64,000 nt of DNA, taken from the NCBI GenBank assembly GCA_030704615.1, contig CM060732.1:30690001-30754000 (forward strand), given 5' to 3'. The translations under genes and the position numbers were made by a program. The notes under the pieces are model-generated. The model ran no database searches. It was not told the origin of the DNA and was given only the letters and a program-made list of their open reading frames with translations. Source of the stretch: Takakia lepidozioides (Eukaryota; Plantae; Bryophyta). Below, in pieces: positions 36,901 through 50,099 of the stretch (its first letter is position 1; every line of letters begins with the position of its first letter).

Positions 36901-39900
36901 GTAGGTTTGCTCCTGGCCTGTTATTTCAGCTGTTCAAATTTCAAATTTCAGCCTTGTCCCCAGCGTTGGAACGGCCTTTATGTAAGTCCTCGAGACTCAC
37001 ATGTTCTTAAGGCTTTTGAAGAAGCTCACGACACTTCTGCCGGATTTCAGCTCATTCGTTTTTTAGCAAACTGGACTGGATGGGATATCCCTTACGCCCT
37101 TGAAGTCATCCGCAAACATAAGAGCTGGTATGGGGCATCACCCACCGTTAACCGAAATCCCTCTCTTTCCACATCTTCAAGGAGCTGATTAATGAAACAT
37201 TGGCGACTGAGAAGAGCCTGAGCATGGGGTTACACTTCTAAGCGCAGTTGGCAAGCTCTTCTGTAGGATAATAAGCACCCGTCTCAAGGTTGATGTGGAG
37301 TCTAGCAGTGTTTTCGATGAAGGTCAGGGGGGCTTCCGGAGAAATAGGGCTACATTGACCATATCTTTACCCTAAGCCAGACTATTTAGTGAAGGAAACG
37401 AAGAAGAACCCACCTTTGTCTTCTTCCTGGATGTAAAAAAGGCTTATGACACTTTGTGGCGTGATGGGATGTGGCTTCGTCTGTGGTCAGGGGAAAGATG
37501 TGGAGGATGGATCATAGCCTGTATGTGAAAACCAAAAGTTGTGGTGTAGCTCAAGGTTGTAACCTCTCCCCACCGCTCTTATACAGATTGACAATGGCAC
37601 CCTCTCTCCAGCAAAAGGGTATCATGTCAGTCTTCCAAATAGGAGGGCAACGGCCTCTACCGCACTTAAGATGTTCCGTCGCTTCTGTAATCTCAGCAGA
37701 ACTAATGGGCACCATATCCCTTTGTGATATACTCCAGTTCATCAGGGCTGTCTTGGATTGTAGGAACAGTCCTTTCTACTGTATCCTCCTATTCTTTAGA
37801 AAACCCCTCACTGTTAGAGTTAGATTCATGGCCAAGGCTGTAGTGCGTTTCAAAGGTTTTCACAATCTCAACCATAGAACTTACCACTGCACCCTTGTTT
37901 TTCCTTAAAGCATGTACTTGCTGACCATTTTTTGACCTGTATAAACACTGTAAGCCTAACCAGAAACTTTTCTCATTACAACTGTGGTCGTTCCAGTTAA
38001 CGTCACAATACAACTTTTCCCAAAACCTTTTTTTCTGAGCCTTTACTAGCTGATTTACATCTTTTGCAGCTGGTAGTACCTAGACCACAGCTCTCTGTCA
38101 TTACAGCAGCCCCTATGCAGCGCCTGCCTCTCGTCAATCGTAGGCACTGCATTCCCGCATACAATTAGTTTCTTTCTAATGATCTTATCGCCACAAGGCT
38201 ACGGCAAACAACATCTTATGAGTACAATCTAATGATCTTATCAGCTGCAGAAGTGCCGAAACACTCCCCATATTCCACAGCTGTTTCAACATTGCTTCTC
38301 GTATCACCCAAGCAAGAGGGGAGATCTTAAAAGATGGGAGAGCCTCTTTCAAGGCCTGGACATATTCTATGTTGACCTCTTCCTTCCGGAATTTGTCTGT
38401 ACGCCACTTTCGAAATTGCACCTTTCGCAAATCTCTTAGTGGTAAGAATACACCTTTACATCTCAGTCCAGAAAAATAAGTGGTCAGAAGTACCAGTATT
38501 GGTTCTATCAACCAACACTTTGGCACACTCAGGAAACAACTACTTATGCCCTCACGGTCATTAGTGTCTCCCAACAAGACCACACTGCCTTTGGTGAGGA
38601 ACTTAGCACAATCGAGCTTCACTTCCTCGAAGGCTTTATCAGCGTCCATACTAAGGGCTCCCTCTGTAGGCATGTAGACACATCCATAAAGAGGTTCTTG
38701 GCCCTCATGCTGCCCTTCAGTCTCATCCAAGTACTGAAGTTCCTTGTTGATGAAGCACACAGGAAATCACAGACAAAGAATCCCACTTCTTTTGTACCAC
38801 ACTCTGCAGAGGCCGTCTTGAGGGCACACATCTTACTGTACCACTTGTAGCCAATGCATCCCCAACATGTTGTCCTTAGTTTCCCATGTCTATTGACCAG
38901 CACAAGTGTGAATGCCATTAGCTTGAAGACCCTCTCGCACTTCAAATTGGTTCCTTCGTTAGTCAGCCCGCAGAAGTTAAAGGTGCCCAGCCGCAAGCCA
39001 GCCTTTTTTCATATGCATTCTCCGTCGTCTCCGTTGCTTTTGAATGCTCCCGGACATCCTGCAATTGTGCATTAATGGGTCAGCTTCTTTGCGTCCAGAC
39101 TTTGATTGCCTTGTGTAAACTTTGAGGATTGGCATGCTGTATCCTTTGTTCACCGTTTGATCAGTCACTGCATGCAAAGGCAGGTCTGACTGACATGGTC
39201 TTCTTGCACAGACCTTTGGGCATATCACTAGGTTCACCATCCCTAGTAGTCCATTCTGGGTCAACCTCTTCCAGGGCTTCAAATGAGACTTTCAGTTGAA
39301 GTTCCCATCCTTGACTGTCTCCCGAGCCCCTCAGATTCTAAGGTAGCTCTCCAACCAGTCAACTTCTCTGAGTTTTACTTGTTGGAGACACCTTTTACAT
39401 TTTTCGCATGGCATTGCAATACCTGATCAACAAGCCCGATTTGACGGCCCCAAAAAATAGCCAGGTGCCAGGAATCATCCCGGGGAATATAAGCAATATC
39501 TGGAAAATGAGAAGTATTTATACCAGGTAAGAGATTTAAACACAAACCCTTTAGGTTGAGCAAGCCAGAGCATGCAACTGCCCACTTTGAGCGGAGGGGC
39601 TGCCCCAAGCGGTAGGAATCCGCTTGTTACCATCCAGACTCTGGAAGGAGGAAAGAGAGAGAGGGTTGGGGACAAAGGGGGGAGATTATATTCGTTGCTT
39701 GACTCCTTACCCATACCTTACACGAAAGCATGGAGTACCTGCAGTGGGCATTTTGGGGTGCAGTGATTTATAGTAGCTACATCGTAATTTCTTGGTCATC
39801 TGTTTTTCTCATTCTTGCGGGTGTACATGCTAATGTGCATATGGTTGCAGATGCTGGATGTGATATTCAAAAACAGGCCAATACAGCGCTTCTGGTTTCT

Positions 39901-42876
39901 CGAGACCGTCGCTCGGATGCCCTATTTTTCGTATCCCCACAACTGTTTTTTCTTCCTCTTTAGCCTCCTCACTTTCACCCCACAAACAATGCAGCCACAG
40001 AGAGGGATGTACTTCTTGACAGTTTCCCTGTAAAGGCTGGCTACCATATGCGCTTCTTGGTGTCTAGATTAGTTACTAACACTCCCTGAAGCATTTTGTG
40101 GTTCTCCTTCTGATGGTAAGCTTAGCTTGAAGTACCATAGCTTGCACACAACCAACAACATTCTACTCATAGGGTTCACGTAAGTGTTGACCTAAGGGGT
40201 GGCTGTGAATAGAATGTTGGTTCCAACAGTGCTAATGTTTCTTTCACCTAACACAGATGTGGCACATGTAGCTATGTCACACTGCAGTCAGGCTACTCAC
40301 AGAGAGATAAGGGACTGTGGGGTCCCAACAGACAACAGAATCTAAACTTGTCTTCACAAATGACATCTATGAGCACTTCGTTGTTTGGTGGAAGCAAGTA
40401 TGGGGGGTCCTTAATAGGGATGACAGATACATCTCCATGCTCCACCTCTATGAGACACTTGGCTGGTAACATACCTTTTCCTTCTTGCTTTAGTTCTTGA
40501 ATGCTTTCTGCCCTTGTCTTTATTGAATAAATCTATGTGGTTGTTAGTTGTAGTTATACCTAGAAACCACACGCAATGAGGAAATGCTAAGTTTTACTGG
40601 CTCTGGCATGGCGTCACAACTCTTAAAAGCAAGACCACCATGCCATCACTGTGGTACATGACATAATCTCCAAGGTGAGCCTAAATTTGAGCTCAGGCTA
40701 ACCACTGGGTTATCGCCTAAGAACCTCCACAGAAATGAGTTGATGTTGGAGTTGACTGAAACTTTGGCAAACTTCAGGTGGCATGTCGGGGCAGAAGTTC
40801 GGAAAGTCCATTTTGCTGAGGTGAGCCTTTTGCGTTGGTGTGAGAGCCATCTCACTAAAATAGTCTTATGCTACTTGAGCAATGTGCTGTTCCAATTTAA
40901 AGCTCGGGATGAGATCTGGGGTTCTTTTTGCTTATGAGTGCATCCACTCTCTGCTCTACTTTGTCCAACGGAGCCAAGGGCCCTCCTGTGGACATCATAA
41001 ATATCTCTTTCTTTCTGTCTGCAAACTGGAGACAGAACGTTGTTTCTTCCAGATCAAGGATGATGCTGGATGAGTCTTTCCTTGCGCTTGGAGGATCCAA
41101 AGCAATTAGCAGTTTACCTGCATGAAGCAGTTCCTCTCCCAGCAGCATTGGGGTTTTATTATGCACTTTTGGTCTTGCAGTTCTACTGGCCCTCTAGACC
41201 TCCCCTCATGTATAATGTCTCTTCTTTCTCTTCGTTGCTAGCTCCAGCGACCACTAAATGTGTATTTGTATCTGTGATCTCATTGTTCATTTGTCGGGTG
41301 CGTTGGCGGACAGGAATGGAATGAAATGCACCATCTCAAGATAATGGAATCTTTGGGAGGAGACTTGGAGTGGGGTGACCGCTTCTTTGCACAACATGCG
41401 GCCTTCTTCTATTATTGGGTCTCTCCCAACCTTCCTCTTTCTGCTCATAATTTGGAGATCTGATTACCAATCTGAAGGCACCAAGGCATGAAACTCAGCA
41501 CGAGCGACATCTGTTGGCAGGAGATTGGGTCTTAGTTATCATGTTGATTTAGCACTGCCATTTAGTGCCATCCACTTGACCAAAGTGGCCGGGGTTTTGT
41601 TCCAGTGCCAGTTACACTGCAGTGAGAATACTTCAGGCTTCTTTGTCGAAGTCAGCAGGAGTAGGTGTGTTCTGGGTATGGAGCAATCTTGTGGTTGATG
41701 TCATTTCTCGATTGATGGAAGGGTTTTGACTTCCTTTATATGTCATGGCATGAGTCACTGGACGAACGAGTTGACAACACTTTGTGGTGGCAGATTCTGA
41801 ATCTCATGTTTTTGATATCACCGAAAGTGGCTTACAACTTTTCGGAGCTCATTGAAATGCATGCAGGTGGATCTCCTTCACTTCTTTTTCTTTCCAAGGT
41901 TCATTAGTTATCCTGAACCCTCATATCAGTCACACATGCACAAATTATGCTTGAAATGGGGGCACAGTAGGGGAATTCTTCATTCTGCTCCTTATCCTCT
42001 GGTTTTTCGACTGTGACAGTGGACACCTATGGGGAATTCGTAGACGAAAATGCAGAATTGCTGAAGACACTTCCACCACCCCCCGTGGCTGTCGCCTACT
42101 ATGAGAGTGATGACCTGTACATGTACGTGTATATTTCTCTCATAACCTGCTTTAATTTTCCAGCTTGCATAGCTTGCATCCTCACCGATTTCCAGGAGAG
42201 CTGTTCATACCTCCCAGGATGACCCTGGGCAAATTTTACTCTCATAGTCATGTTCACATTGTGTGTAACATAGCGTTCCGATTTGGCTTTTTGATAGTAA
42301 TGGGACCAAAAGATGGGGACCTTTTGCAGGTGAATTGCCCTCTACCAGTACAAGTTACCTGAGTATACATGAGGGTGGATATGCACAACAGCTATGGTAA
42401 GGTTTGAATTCATGGTCATCCGATGTGGTCTGACGGAATTGTTTATGGACGTGTCTCTTAATCACGTGGGCAGGTTTGATGAGTTTCAGACAAGTCAGCT
42501 CCCAGAAGCTCGAAGGCCCAAAGTTGACAGCCTATATGATGTGTTTGCAGCTATCTGTGTAAGTCTCTATCTTTTTCACCTGCTTTGTCTGGTTACCGTA
42601 GTTAGAACTGTGCCCGCAATGTATGGTGAGATATGATCGAATGGCTGGTTTCAATAGGACTCGCCATGTCTTTGAATCAACCTCAAAATTGCAAATGGAT
42701 AAGGTATGAGTGTAGCCCAGTAGGACTCCAGAAGCACGGAATGGTTCAATACGAAGTAATCAGGTGATCACGACCTGCAGGGGGATGAAGGAGAGCATGT
42801 GAAGACCATGTCTGCGTGCCAGAGATTGGACACAACTGTGATGAGTCCCCATGTTCGTGCAAGGATGAAGAAATAA
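33935..42876 (+). CDS. PTOX: Plastid terminal oxidase (AOX/PTOX diiron family), algal-type paralog. 12 exons: 33935-34486, 34940-34985, 36215-36345, 36754-36900, 39851-39930, 40427-40465, 40778-40820, 41314-41418, 41794-41866, 42020-42122, 42474-42558, 42781-42876
   Basis: GT-AG exons join in frame: transit-like N-terminus, [74 protein letters not shown]. All six iron ligands are present. Confidence 0.92.
34999..35970 (+). mobile_element. Head-to-tail stack of RTEX-like LINE 3' ends separated by (CT)n, in PTOX intron 2
   Basis: (CT)n 34999-35016; copy 1 to 35070; copy 2 35071-35426; copy 3 35427-35888; each ends GAGTACA(T)TCTCT. A further internal fragment lies at ~35890-35970. Confidence 0.85.
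37200..39010 (-). mobile_element. Degenerate RTEX-like LINE (AP endonuclease to RT) in PTOX intron 4, RT segment inverted
   Basis: Minus strand: [42 protein letters not shown]. Plus strand 37200-37572: [48 protein letters not shown]. Confidence 0.8.
38175..38242 (+). mobile_element. 38-nt LINE 3'-tail micro-insertion flanked by a 15-bp TSD
   Basis: TCTAATGATCTTATC (38175-38189), GCCACAAGGCTACGGCAAACAACATCTTATGAGTACAA, TCTAATGATCTTATC (38228-38242). Confidence 0.9.
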
Positions 42877-43522
42877 AGGAGCCCAGGGCATTGCCACTTG
42901 CACATAGCATAAGAAGCACAAGTGGAGAAGAAAGCTTTGTAACGTATTCTGAGTGTAGACCATGTAGACTGCGCGACATACAAATTGCGGTGAGTATTAC
43001 CAAGGGATAGACTTGGTGAAGAGCCACTATTACTTTTGGGTTGCATGTATACGCGGACATGTTGGGTGTTCATTTGAGTGAATAAGTGGGAAATACAGAG
43101 GAGTGATTGCCCTTCTGGTAGCCTATGGGTGCCCTCCTTGAATGCTCAAGATCCTATCCTCTTTGGGAGTCTGCAGGCTCCCCACAGTGATGGGATCGAC
43201 TTACACAGTGTTGCTTTGAATCTTGGATGTGCGATAATTCGGATTTATGGAGACTGAAGTTGAAGTTGGCAAAGCCAAGCGGGGAAAAGGTTCTTTGCAG
43301 TCTTGTCTAATCATGGCGCTCGGTCAAGTTAGCCATATCTGATTAATTTGACTGGATTCAGTTGGACCTCAGTTTCTATGATTGCTGGATTGCTGGATTT
43401 GGCAGCATTGCAGTACATAATGTACCATAATTTTGGATTCTGAAAGGCAGTTGATGTAGATTTTAAGTAGATATGAAGAAATTGTGTTTGGTAGATGGTC
43501 ATAACATTTTGATTCAACTCTA

Positions 43523-43800
43523 TAAGACTCCCTAAACAGCCTCATCAAAAAAGGTCTCTTGGACAATGGATGTTATTTACATGCATCTATTTTTTGGAGA
43601 GATCTTTTTCCAACATATTGGACCATATCGGACCGGCTATAGTTGGCCATCCATAATGATGGGATGACCGGTTAGAACCGGCCATCAAAGTATGTAATCA
43701 AAGTGTCAAAATACACCTATACTCCAAAGATTCATTGTGACCCAATCTTCTATCCACATACTTTAGGTTAGATATTAAAGATATTAACAGTGTTTCCTGT
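43523..43800 (+). repeat. Dispersed ~280-bp repeat, copy 2
   Basis: Homologous to 12562-12840. Confidence 0.75.
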
Positions 43801-45380
43801 TTCATGCACACAAGACAAAGACCAAGACCTTGGTCCAGCATCTATATGCTAAGCAAGGTAGTTTGTTTGTTATGTTTTGTTTGTTCTGTCTCATCGTTGA
43901 CATCTCCCAAACCCACAGGGTCTCCGCCCAGTCTCGATGATTAGGGGTGCATTGAGGCGGTTTCATAGTTTTTGGACCTGCGGTGTGGGAGATATTGAAT
44001 TTGAAGTACTTTTCGTCACTGGAAATTCACGAAAAAACAAATTGGGTTTTTTTAAATATTGGTGTTTCCAATGTGGTGGTAGCAGTGGACATATAGCAGA
44101 GACTGATATTGTGTTTGGGTGTGACGTGTAAACATCCCTTTTATAGGTGAAATACGTATATACTTAACAATATGTGCTCAAGGGCACAGGCCACTAAGGT
44201 TTGGGGAGCATCTAAAGTGGTGGCAGCAGTGGACATGTAGCAGAGACTGATATTAGGGTTTGGGTGCTAACTAAAGCATAACTCAATGATGGCATGTCTG
44301 TGACCAACTGCCAATCCAACATGCACAAGAAGCATTCACTGCGCACCTTGGCAACCGCACATTTATCTATACGCAAACGGCAGCCACCTCTCTAGCGGAC
44401 AGCCCCAAATAGCCTTGTTGAATGATTGAGCGGAATGATCATTTAATGCCACACTGGCTTGGATAGGTACTTGAACTGCTTCCTCTCTTGCCTCTCGTTG
44501 CACCACATTGCGCAATGGCACAAAAGAGGGCGGCAGGATTCGATCCCGGGGTCGGAGATGGAGCATACAACGAGGGCCCAAACGGATTCCTCGCACGGGC
44601 CAATCAGCCAATCAGCGCCGTTGGCTATACTTGGTGCCACCGCCATGTGGCATCCTTTGGATCGCGCGCGTGGCCCTAGCTGTCGCTTTCTGTCATTTCT
44701 CACTATTTTAGTACTGTTACTACTTATTCTTGTTTATTTTTGTGTATTTTCTTGCACGGATATTATGCTCACGGATGGAGACACGGATGAGAACTGTCCA
44801 CTATAGATGGCCGACGGAGGGAAACATGGATGATAAATGTACAGCGACGGTACAATTTGGACAGTTCCAGCCAGGGAATGTTTTGTGCCGGCTGACATTA
44901 CTAGTAATTAGTATTAGTAGTGGTATTATTAGTATTATGATTATTATTGTGATTATTCTGGCAGGCTACTGGAGCGTACAAGCAAAGAAAGGACAAGGAG
45001 GGCGGGGTAAGCAAGACAAAACGTTGGTAAAGTGAGAGGCAGGAGGCGCATCAGGTTGGGCGGGCCGGTGAAACCACGGTCCACCGGATCTTCCGGTCAC
45101 GCTTCCTTAAGACCATGCGCCAAGGGTTGGGAGTGGACCGGTGGTTGGCGGTGGGTTTTGTCCGGTTGCGGTGCCAGGCTGGCGCCTTATCTCGCAGCCC
45201 TGCAGAGATGACCGTCGCGGCGGGTTGCAGCGTTGGTAGGCTGGGATTATATAAGGTGCCGTGCCGCGCCTGCTGCAGGGCTTGTGCTTGTGGGATGAGA
45301 GTGCTGATTGTGTGTCCGGTGCAGAGCTTGGACGCCTTCATGTGACTCTTTCTTTCGACACGCTGCGTTCAGAAGAGGCC

Positions 45381-47708
45381 ATGACAACTTCCATGGCCTC
45401 GCGGGCGCTGGCCTCGTCTTACTTCGTGCCTTGCCTCTCAGCGAACGGCCAGAAGGTGGAACAGTCGCAAGCGTCAGTGCGCGCGTTTCCTCTCAAGAGC
45501 GCGTTCCTGGGGTGCAGTGTGAGAGTGACAGGGCGATCACCAGCAGCAGGGAGGAAGGAGGTGGCATTGGTTGGAAAGGCAGTAGCCTCTGCAACGGAGC
45601 TCGTGAAGGAGAAGGCTAAGATGAGAGCCGACGACCTGGTAAGGGAACTTGCATACACGAACTTGCGTTATGCCCATTCTGCCACCGACTCCAAATAATG
45701 ACAGGTAGGGGGAATTGGATATGCAACCAAAGAACTGTGTAAAGGGGAGGGGTTTGCAGGCAGGGATTAGATATCCTCCGCGAGAAGGAGAGAGAGAGAA
45801 GGTGAAATGTTGAGTATTTTCACTGGTATGTGCTTTGACGGATTTCGTAGCCTTGCAGTCACAGAGAGTAAGCTAGCGTGGTTGCACGCTTGCCTAGGCA
45901 AGTACAGACTCACTGCTGAAGACTCCGTTTTGTTCGTTTGTATGGAAGAAACTACTCTAATTTTCTGCTTTACTCGTCCTCACTTCTTCTGTTCTCTTGA
46001 GACTTCTTTTCTTTTCCCCTTGCTTTCGTGTGCGTTCAGACCTGTACACTGCCTTTTATGTGCTGCCCTTCCAACATTGACCGCTTCCCTTCTTTTCTTG
46101 TCAAAGCACCTCCAACCTCCTTGATGAACATTCTTGATGCCTGGGAGCGGAACTGACTCCGATATCCTAATATTTCCTGTAAAGCATTTTAATTCCTGCA
46201 GACACGTGTTCTATACAATATTCTTTCTCCTGATATTTTTATGTTGGAAAGGCAAGTGTTTACAAATGTCTTCTTTGTTTTCCCATGTGATGAGGAGGGA
46301 CGATTGAGGTTCACACTCGAACCTTCCTTAATTTGATACTGGACTTCTTGCAGTTGGTCACGAAAGAGGAGGGGCTTGAGCTGTATGAAGATATGGTGCT
46401 TGGGAGGACTTTTGAGGATATGTGCGCACAGATGTACTACAGAGGCAAGATGTTTGGCTTTGTTCATCTGTACAATGGCCAGGAAGCAGTATCAACAGGC
46501 TTCATCAAGCTCCTAAAGAAGGAGGATTATGTCACGAGCACGTACAGAGACCATGTGCACGCACTTAGCAAGGGAGTTCCAGCTCGCCAAGTGATGAGTG
46601 AACTTTTTGGCAAGTCGACAGGGTGCTGCCGAGGCCAGGGAGGCTCCATGCACATGTTCTCAGCAGAGCACGGACTGCTGGGAGGTTTTGCCTTCATTGG
46701 AGAGGGAATCCCCGTTGCAACTGGTGCTGCGTTCACTTCGAAATACAAGCGGGAAGTCTTGAAAGACGAGAGAGCTGACGCAGTGTCAGTTGCCTTTTTT
46801 GGGGACGGAACTGCTAACAACGGGCAGTTTTTTGAGTGCTTGAACATGGCTCAGCTCTGGAAGTTGCCGATCATCTTTGTTGTAGAGAACAATCTGTGGG
46901 CCATTGGGATGTCTCACTATAGATCTACCTCAGATCCAGAGATATGGAAGAAGGGACCTGCTTTTGGCATGCCTGGCATTCATGTTGATGGTATGGATGT
47001 GTTGAAGGTGAGGGAGGTTGCCAAGGAGGCAATTGCGCGAGCCAGACGAGGAGATGGCCCCACACTTATTGAGTGTGAAACTTACAGGTTTAGGGGCCAC
47101 TCACTGGCAGACCCAGATGAACTACGTGCCCCAAGTAAGTCAACTTCATCATATTTAGACCACACTTCCCATGTTGGTTAGTGACTCAATTATGACATTA
47201 CATCTCTAGACACTTTGAAAAGATTTCCCTGTTTGTTGATCCATTGACTCTGGTCATTGATGGAACAGAGCTGTGGTAAAGTCTCCATGTAGCAGCTCGT
47301 ACATGATCTACTTGTGTATGCGCCTGGAAAAGTTAACCATGAAAGTTGTCTACTTCAAAGTAAATGAGTGCCTCATTAGCTTTCGAGAAGAAGAGATTAT
47401 ATGATTTAAGCCTGTATTGTTTTCTTGCAGCTGAGAAGGCACACTATGCCACAAGGGACCCCATTGTCGCCCTCAAGAAGTACTTATTTGAGAATGGCCT
47501 GGCCACCGAGGCTGACTTAAAGGCCATCAACAAGAAGATTGATGAAGTTGTAGAAGAAGCTGTGGAGTTTGCTGATGCTAGCCCTCTGCCTGTCCGCAGC
47601 CAGCTCCTTGAGAATGTGTTTGCTGATCCCAAGGGCTTTGGAATTGGCCCGGATGGTAAATACAGATGCGAGGACCCTGGATTCACTGCCGGAACGGCCC
47701 AGGTGTAA
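45381..47708 (+). CDS. PDH-E1a: Plastid pyruvate dehydrogenase E1 alpha subunit; exons 45381-45638, 46354-47134, 47431-47708
   Basis: Transit peptide, [19 protein letters not shown], ThDP motif [32 protein letters not shown]-terminal [17 protein letters not shown] introns are in phase. Confidence 0.96.
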
Positions 47709-49767
47709 CAATGGGGCTGTAATTGGTCCCCCCCTTTTTGTGCTACACAGTTACTCAGTTGCAATACACTGACGTTGCTGCAATTCTGAACTTGGTGAAA
47801 TCATCGCAACAAATATCAAGAGGATGTGATGATACGAGACGCGTATGATCTGCGTATTGATTTCAACACAAATTCATTTTGACCAGCCCAAGCTGACAAG
47901 TTTTTCTTACCACCCTTGGCTGCTGGTCAGTGCCCTTCGATCCGTCATGTATAACAAATAAATACACCTCCATCCATTGCTAGGGGAAGGAACTTTCTAA
48001 TGAACTAATTTTTGGCTGTGACTGGCCGTATATGGCCGAGAGCTGGCCACCAGACAAGAATAGGAGGTCGTTTGTAACATAGGATTTAGTTGTGAGGAAG
48101 GAAGATTGTGAAGCTCCATGCTGTAGGAGAACTATCCTGATGGAGATACTACTGGATTCTCAATTTTAAGAGGTGAGATTGTTGCAGCTTGGTTTCTGGG
48201 TTGACAGTGTAGTATCACAGAAATTCTTTCTGAATAAGTAGGTTTGTCCAAAAGACAATTAGATCAGGGAATCAACGAAGTGAGTTTTCATGACAAATAG
48301 ATATTGGCTGTGTTTGTTCCACTGGTACTTGGCTTTCTTTTATTGCTTAAATGGTCCTTGAGTGTGACTCCACTGCCCTTATATACATACTCCTTCCTAT
48401 GTGTGTCATGAGTAATGTTATGGTATCTGGTCAGTGCGTGCCTGTAAATTCGCCAGTTAATTACTAATAACCTTGTCTGATCTCTACTCTCCTGGTCTGA
48501 ATCATTAGTGGGTGCAAACCTCAAAAGGATATGTTGCAGTGAGGAGGGTGATTTAGTACATGACCTCTCCTTTCTACTCTTTCCAGGCTGCAACTAGGGT
48601 GCCGGAATCCGAAGTACGCTCATTCTAATGTGATGTTTATTCCGGCAAACTTGTAATGGGCTGGTTAATAGCTGTTTCCTCAGCTTATCACTCTCCATGT
48701 GGCATGCAGGTTTGTGAATAGGCTGTCTTGGTAGAATGTAATGGGCATATTTGGTCTTCCAGGGTTCCCTTCCAATGTCTAAGATTGGGAGCATACGGGG
48801 GTAGATAGGAGGATGGGGCCTAGAACGTATCTGTTGGCTTGAATGTGTGAGTGGAAGCTGGCTTCAGTTTGTCTGGTCCTTGCAGCTCTGCTGTGGTTCG
48901 CTGCTCTCGCAACGGCTTATTGTCGAGATCAGCTTGGTTTTATGCTCTCTTGGCCCTGTGTTTGTGGTTACAGGTTCGTGCGGGTCTGGAGTGTGTACGT
49001 GTTTAGTGTTTACCCGCCTCAAGGGGTTTTAGGTTTTCCTTTTTATATAAAATGCTTTTCCAATATATGTATATACGTATATACATACCAGAGAACAACA
49101 AAAGTAATAACGTAAGAACTTAATGCAAACGCTTAGTTGGTTTCTGGCATGTCAAATCTTCCCTACCCTCTTTTGAGATGGGAGTGACATAAGACAGACA
49201 CAGGAGTGACACCAAATGGGTGACATCCCCGGAATGACATGGAGGGAAGTGTCACTAAAATTGGTGTAACTTCCACTAGGTGTCAAAAAAATTGACTGAG
49301 TATTAAGAAGAAGTGGTACCAAACATTGGGGTGACTTGGAATGACGCTGAACGGGATGACACAAACCCCAGTGCCATAGCGATAATCAAGCTTGTACCTC
49401 ATAGCTACCATCCCCATCATTCACCTTGCCAGGAGACTACTCATCACTACAGTGACAGCAATCAAAGGGCATTCTACTTAGGCTTCGCATTGCTCCGCAC
49501 TACTAATGACACTACCAGTAACGACTGTAGTGAGTAATGTCCAAAAAATTTGTAGTAGATTCAACTAGTATAAAAAATGTGTGATAAGAGGTAGTCGTCG
49601 AAAGCAAAGTAATTCTTAGTTATGTAGTTCGAAGCTGAAGCCTTTGATCTAACTCTATCGTCAATGTTACTTTGGAAATAGTTTCATTTTCAGTCATTGA
49701 TGCGAATCACTTAAAATTGTTCTCACGGCAAATAATTGTTTATTGCTCCTCTTGATTGTGGCCTATG

Positions 49768-49953
49768 TAATAATAATAATATCTAATATTTGACGCCTCC
49801 CCAAGGAAGCGTAAATTATGGTGTCTCTTCACCCCCAAGGGTTACTGCCTTCCCGCTAGGAAGGTGGACACCTTTGTAACACCAATTGGTGGATTGAACC
49901 CACAACCGCTTCCGAGGTGGTTTGTGATCATTACCACTAGGCTACAACTTGGT
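49768..49953 (-). mobile_element. tRNA-derived SINE
   Basis: Minus strand A-box TAGCCTAGTGG (49944-49934), B-box GGTTCAATCC (49900-49891), and (ATT)n 3' tail at 49780-49768. Confidence 0.65.
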
Positions 49954-50099
49954 TGTCTGCTTGCTTCCACATTATGTTTGGGCCTTAGTTTTACGTTTCT
50001 ATGCTAAATAGAAATCTTTGACCTCTCTAACCAATTGGCTTCCTCTCCCCAACCTCCATAAACATGGCTATTTGGTCTTTTTGTCTTTGTGGCACACGC

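Noticed and set aside
44074-44266. ~50-bp direct repeat as mini-LTR/TRIM
   Set aside because: No TG..CA ends, PBS, PPT or TSD; probably a local duplication.
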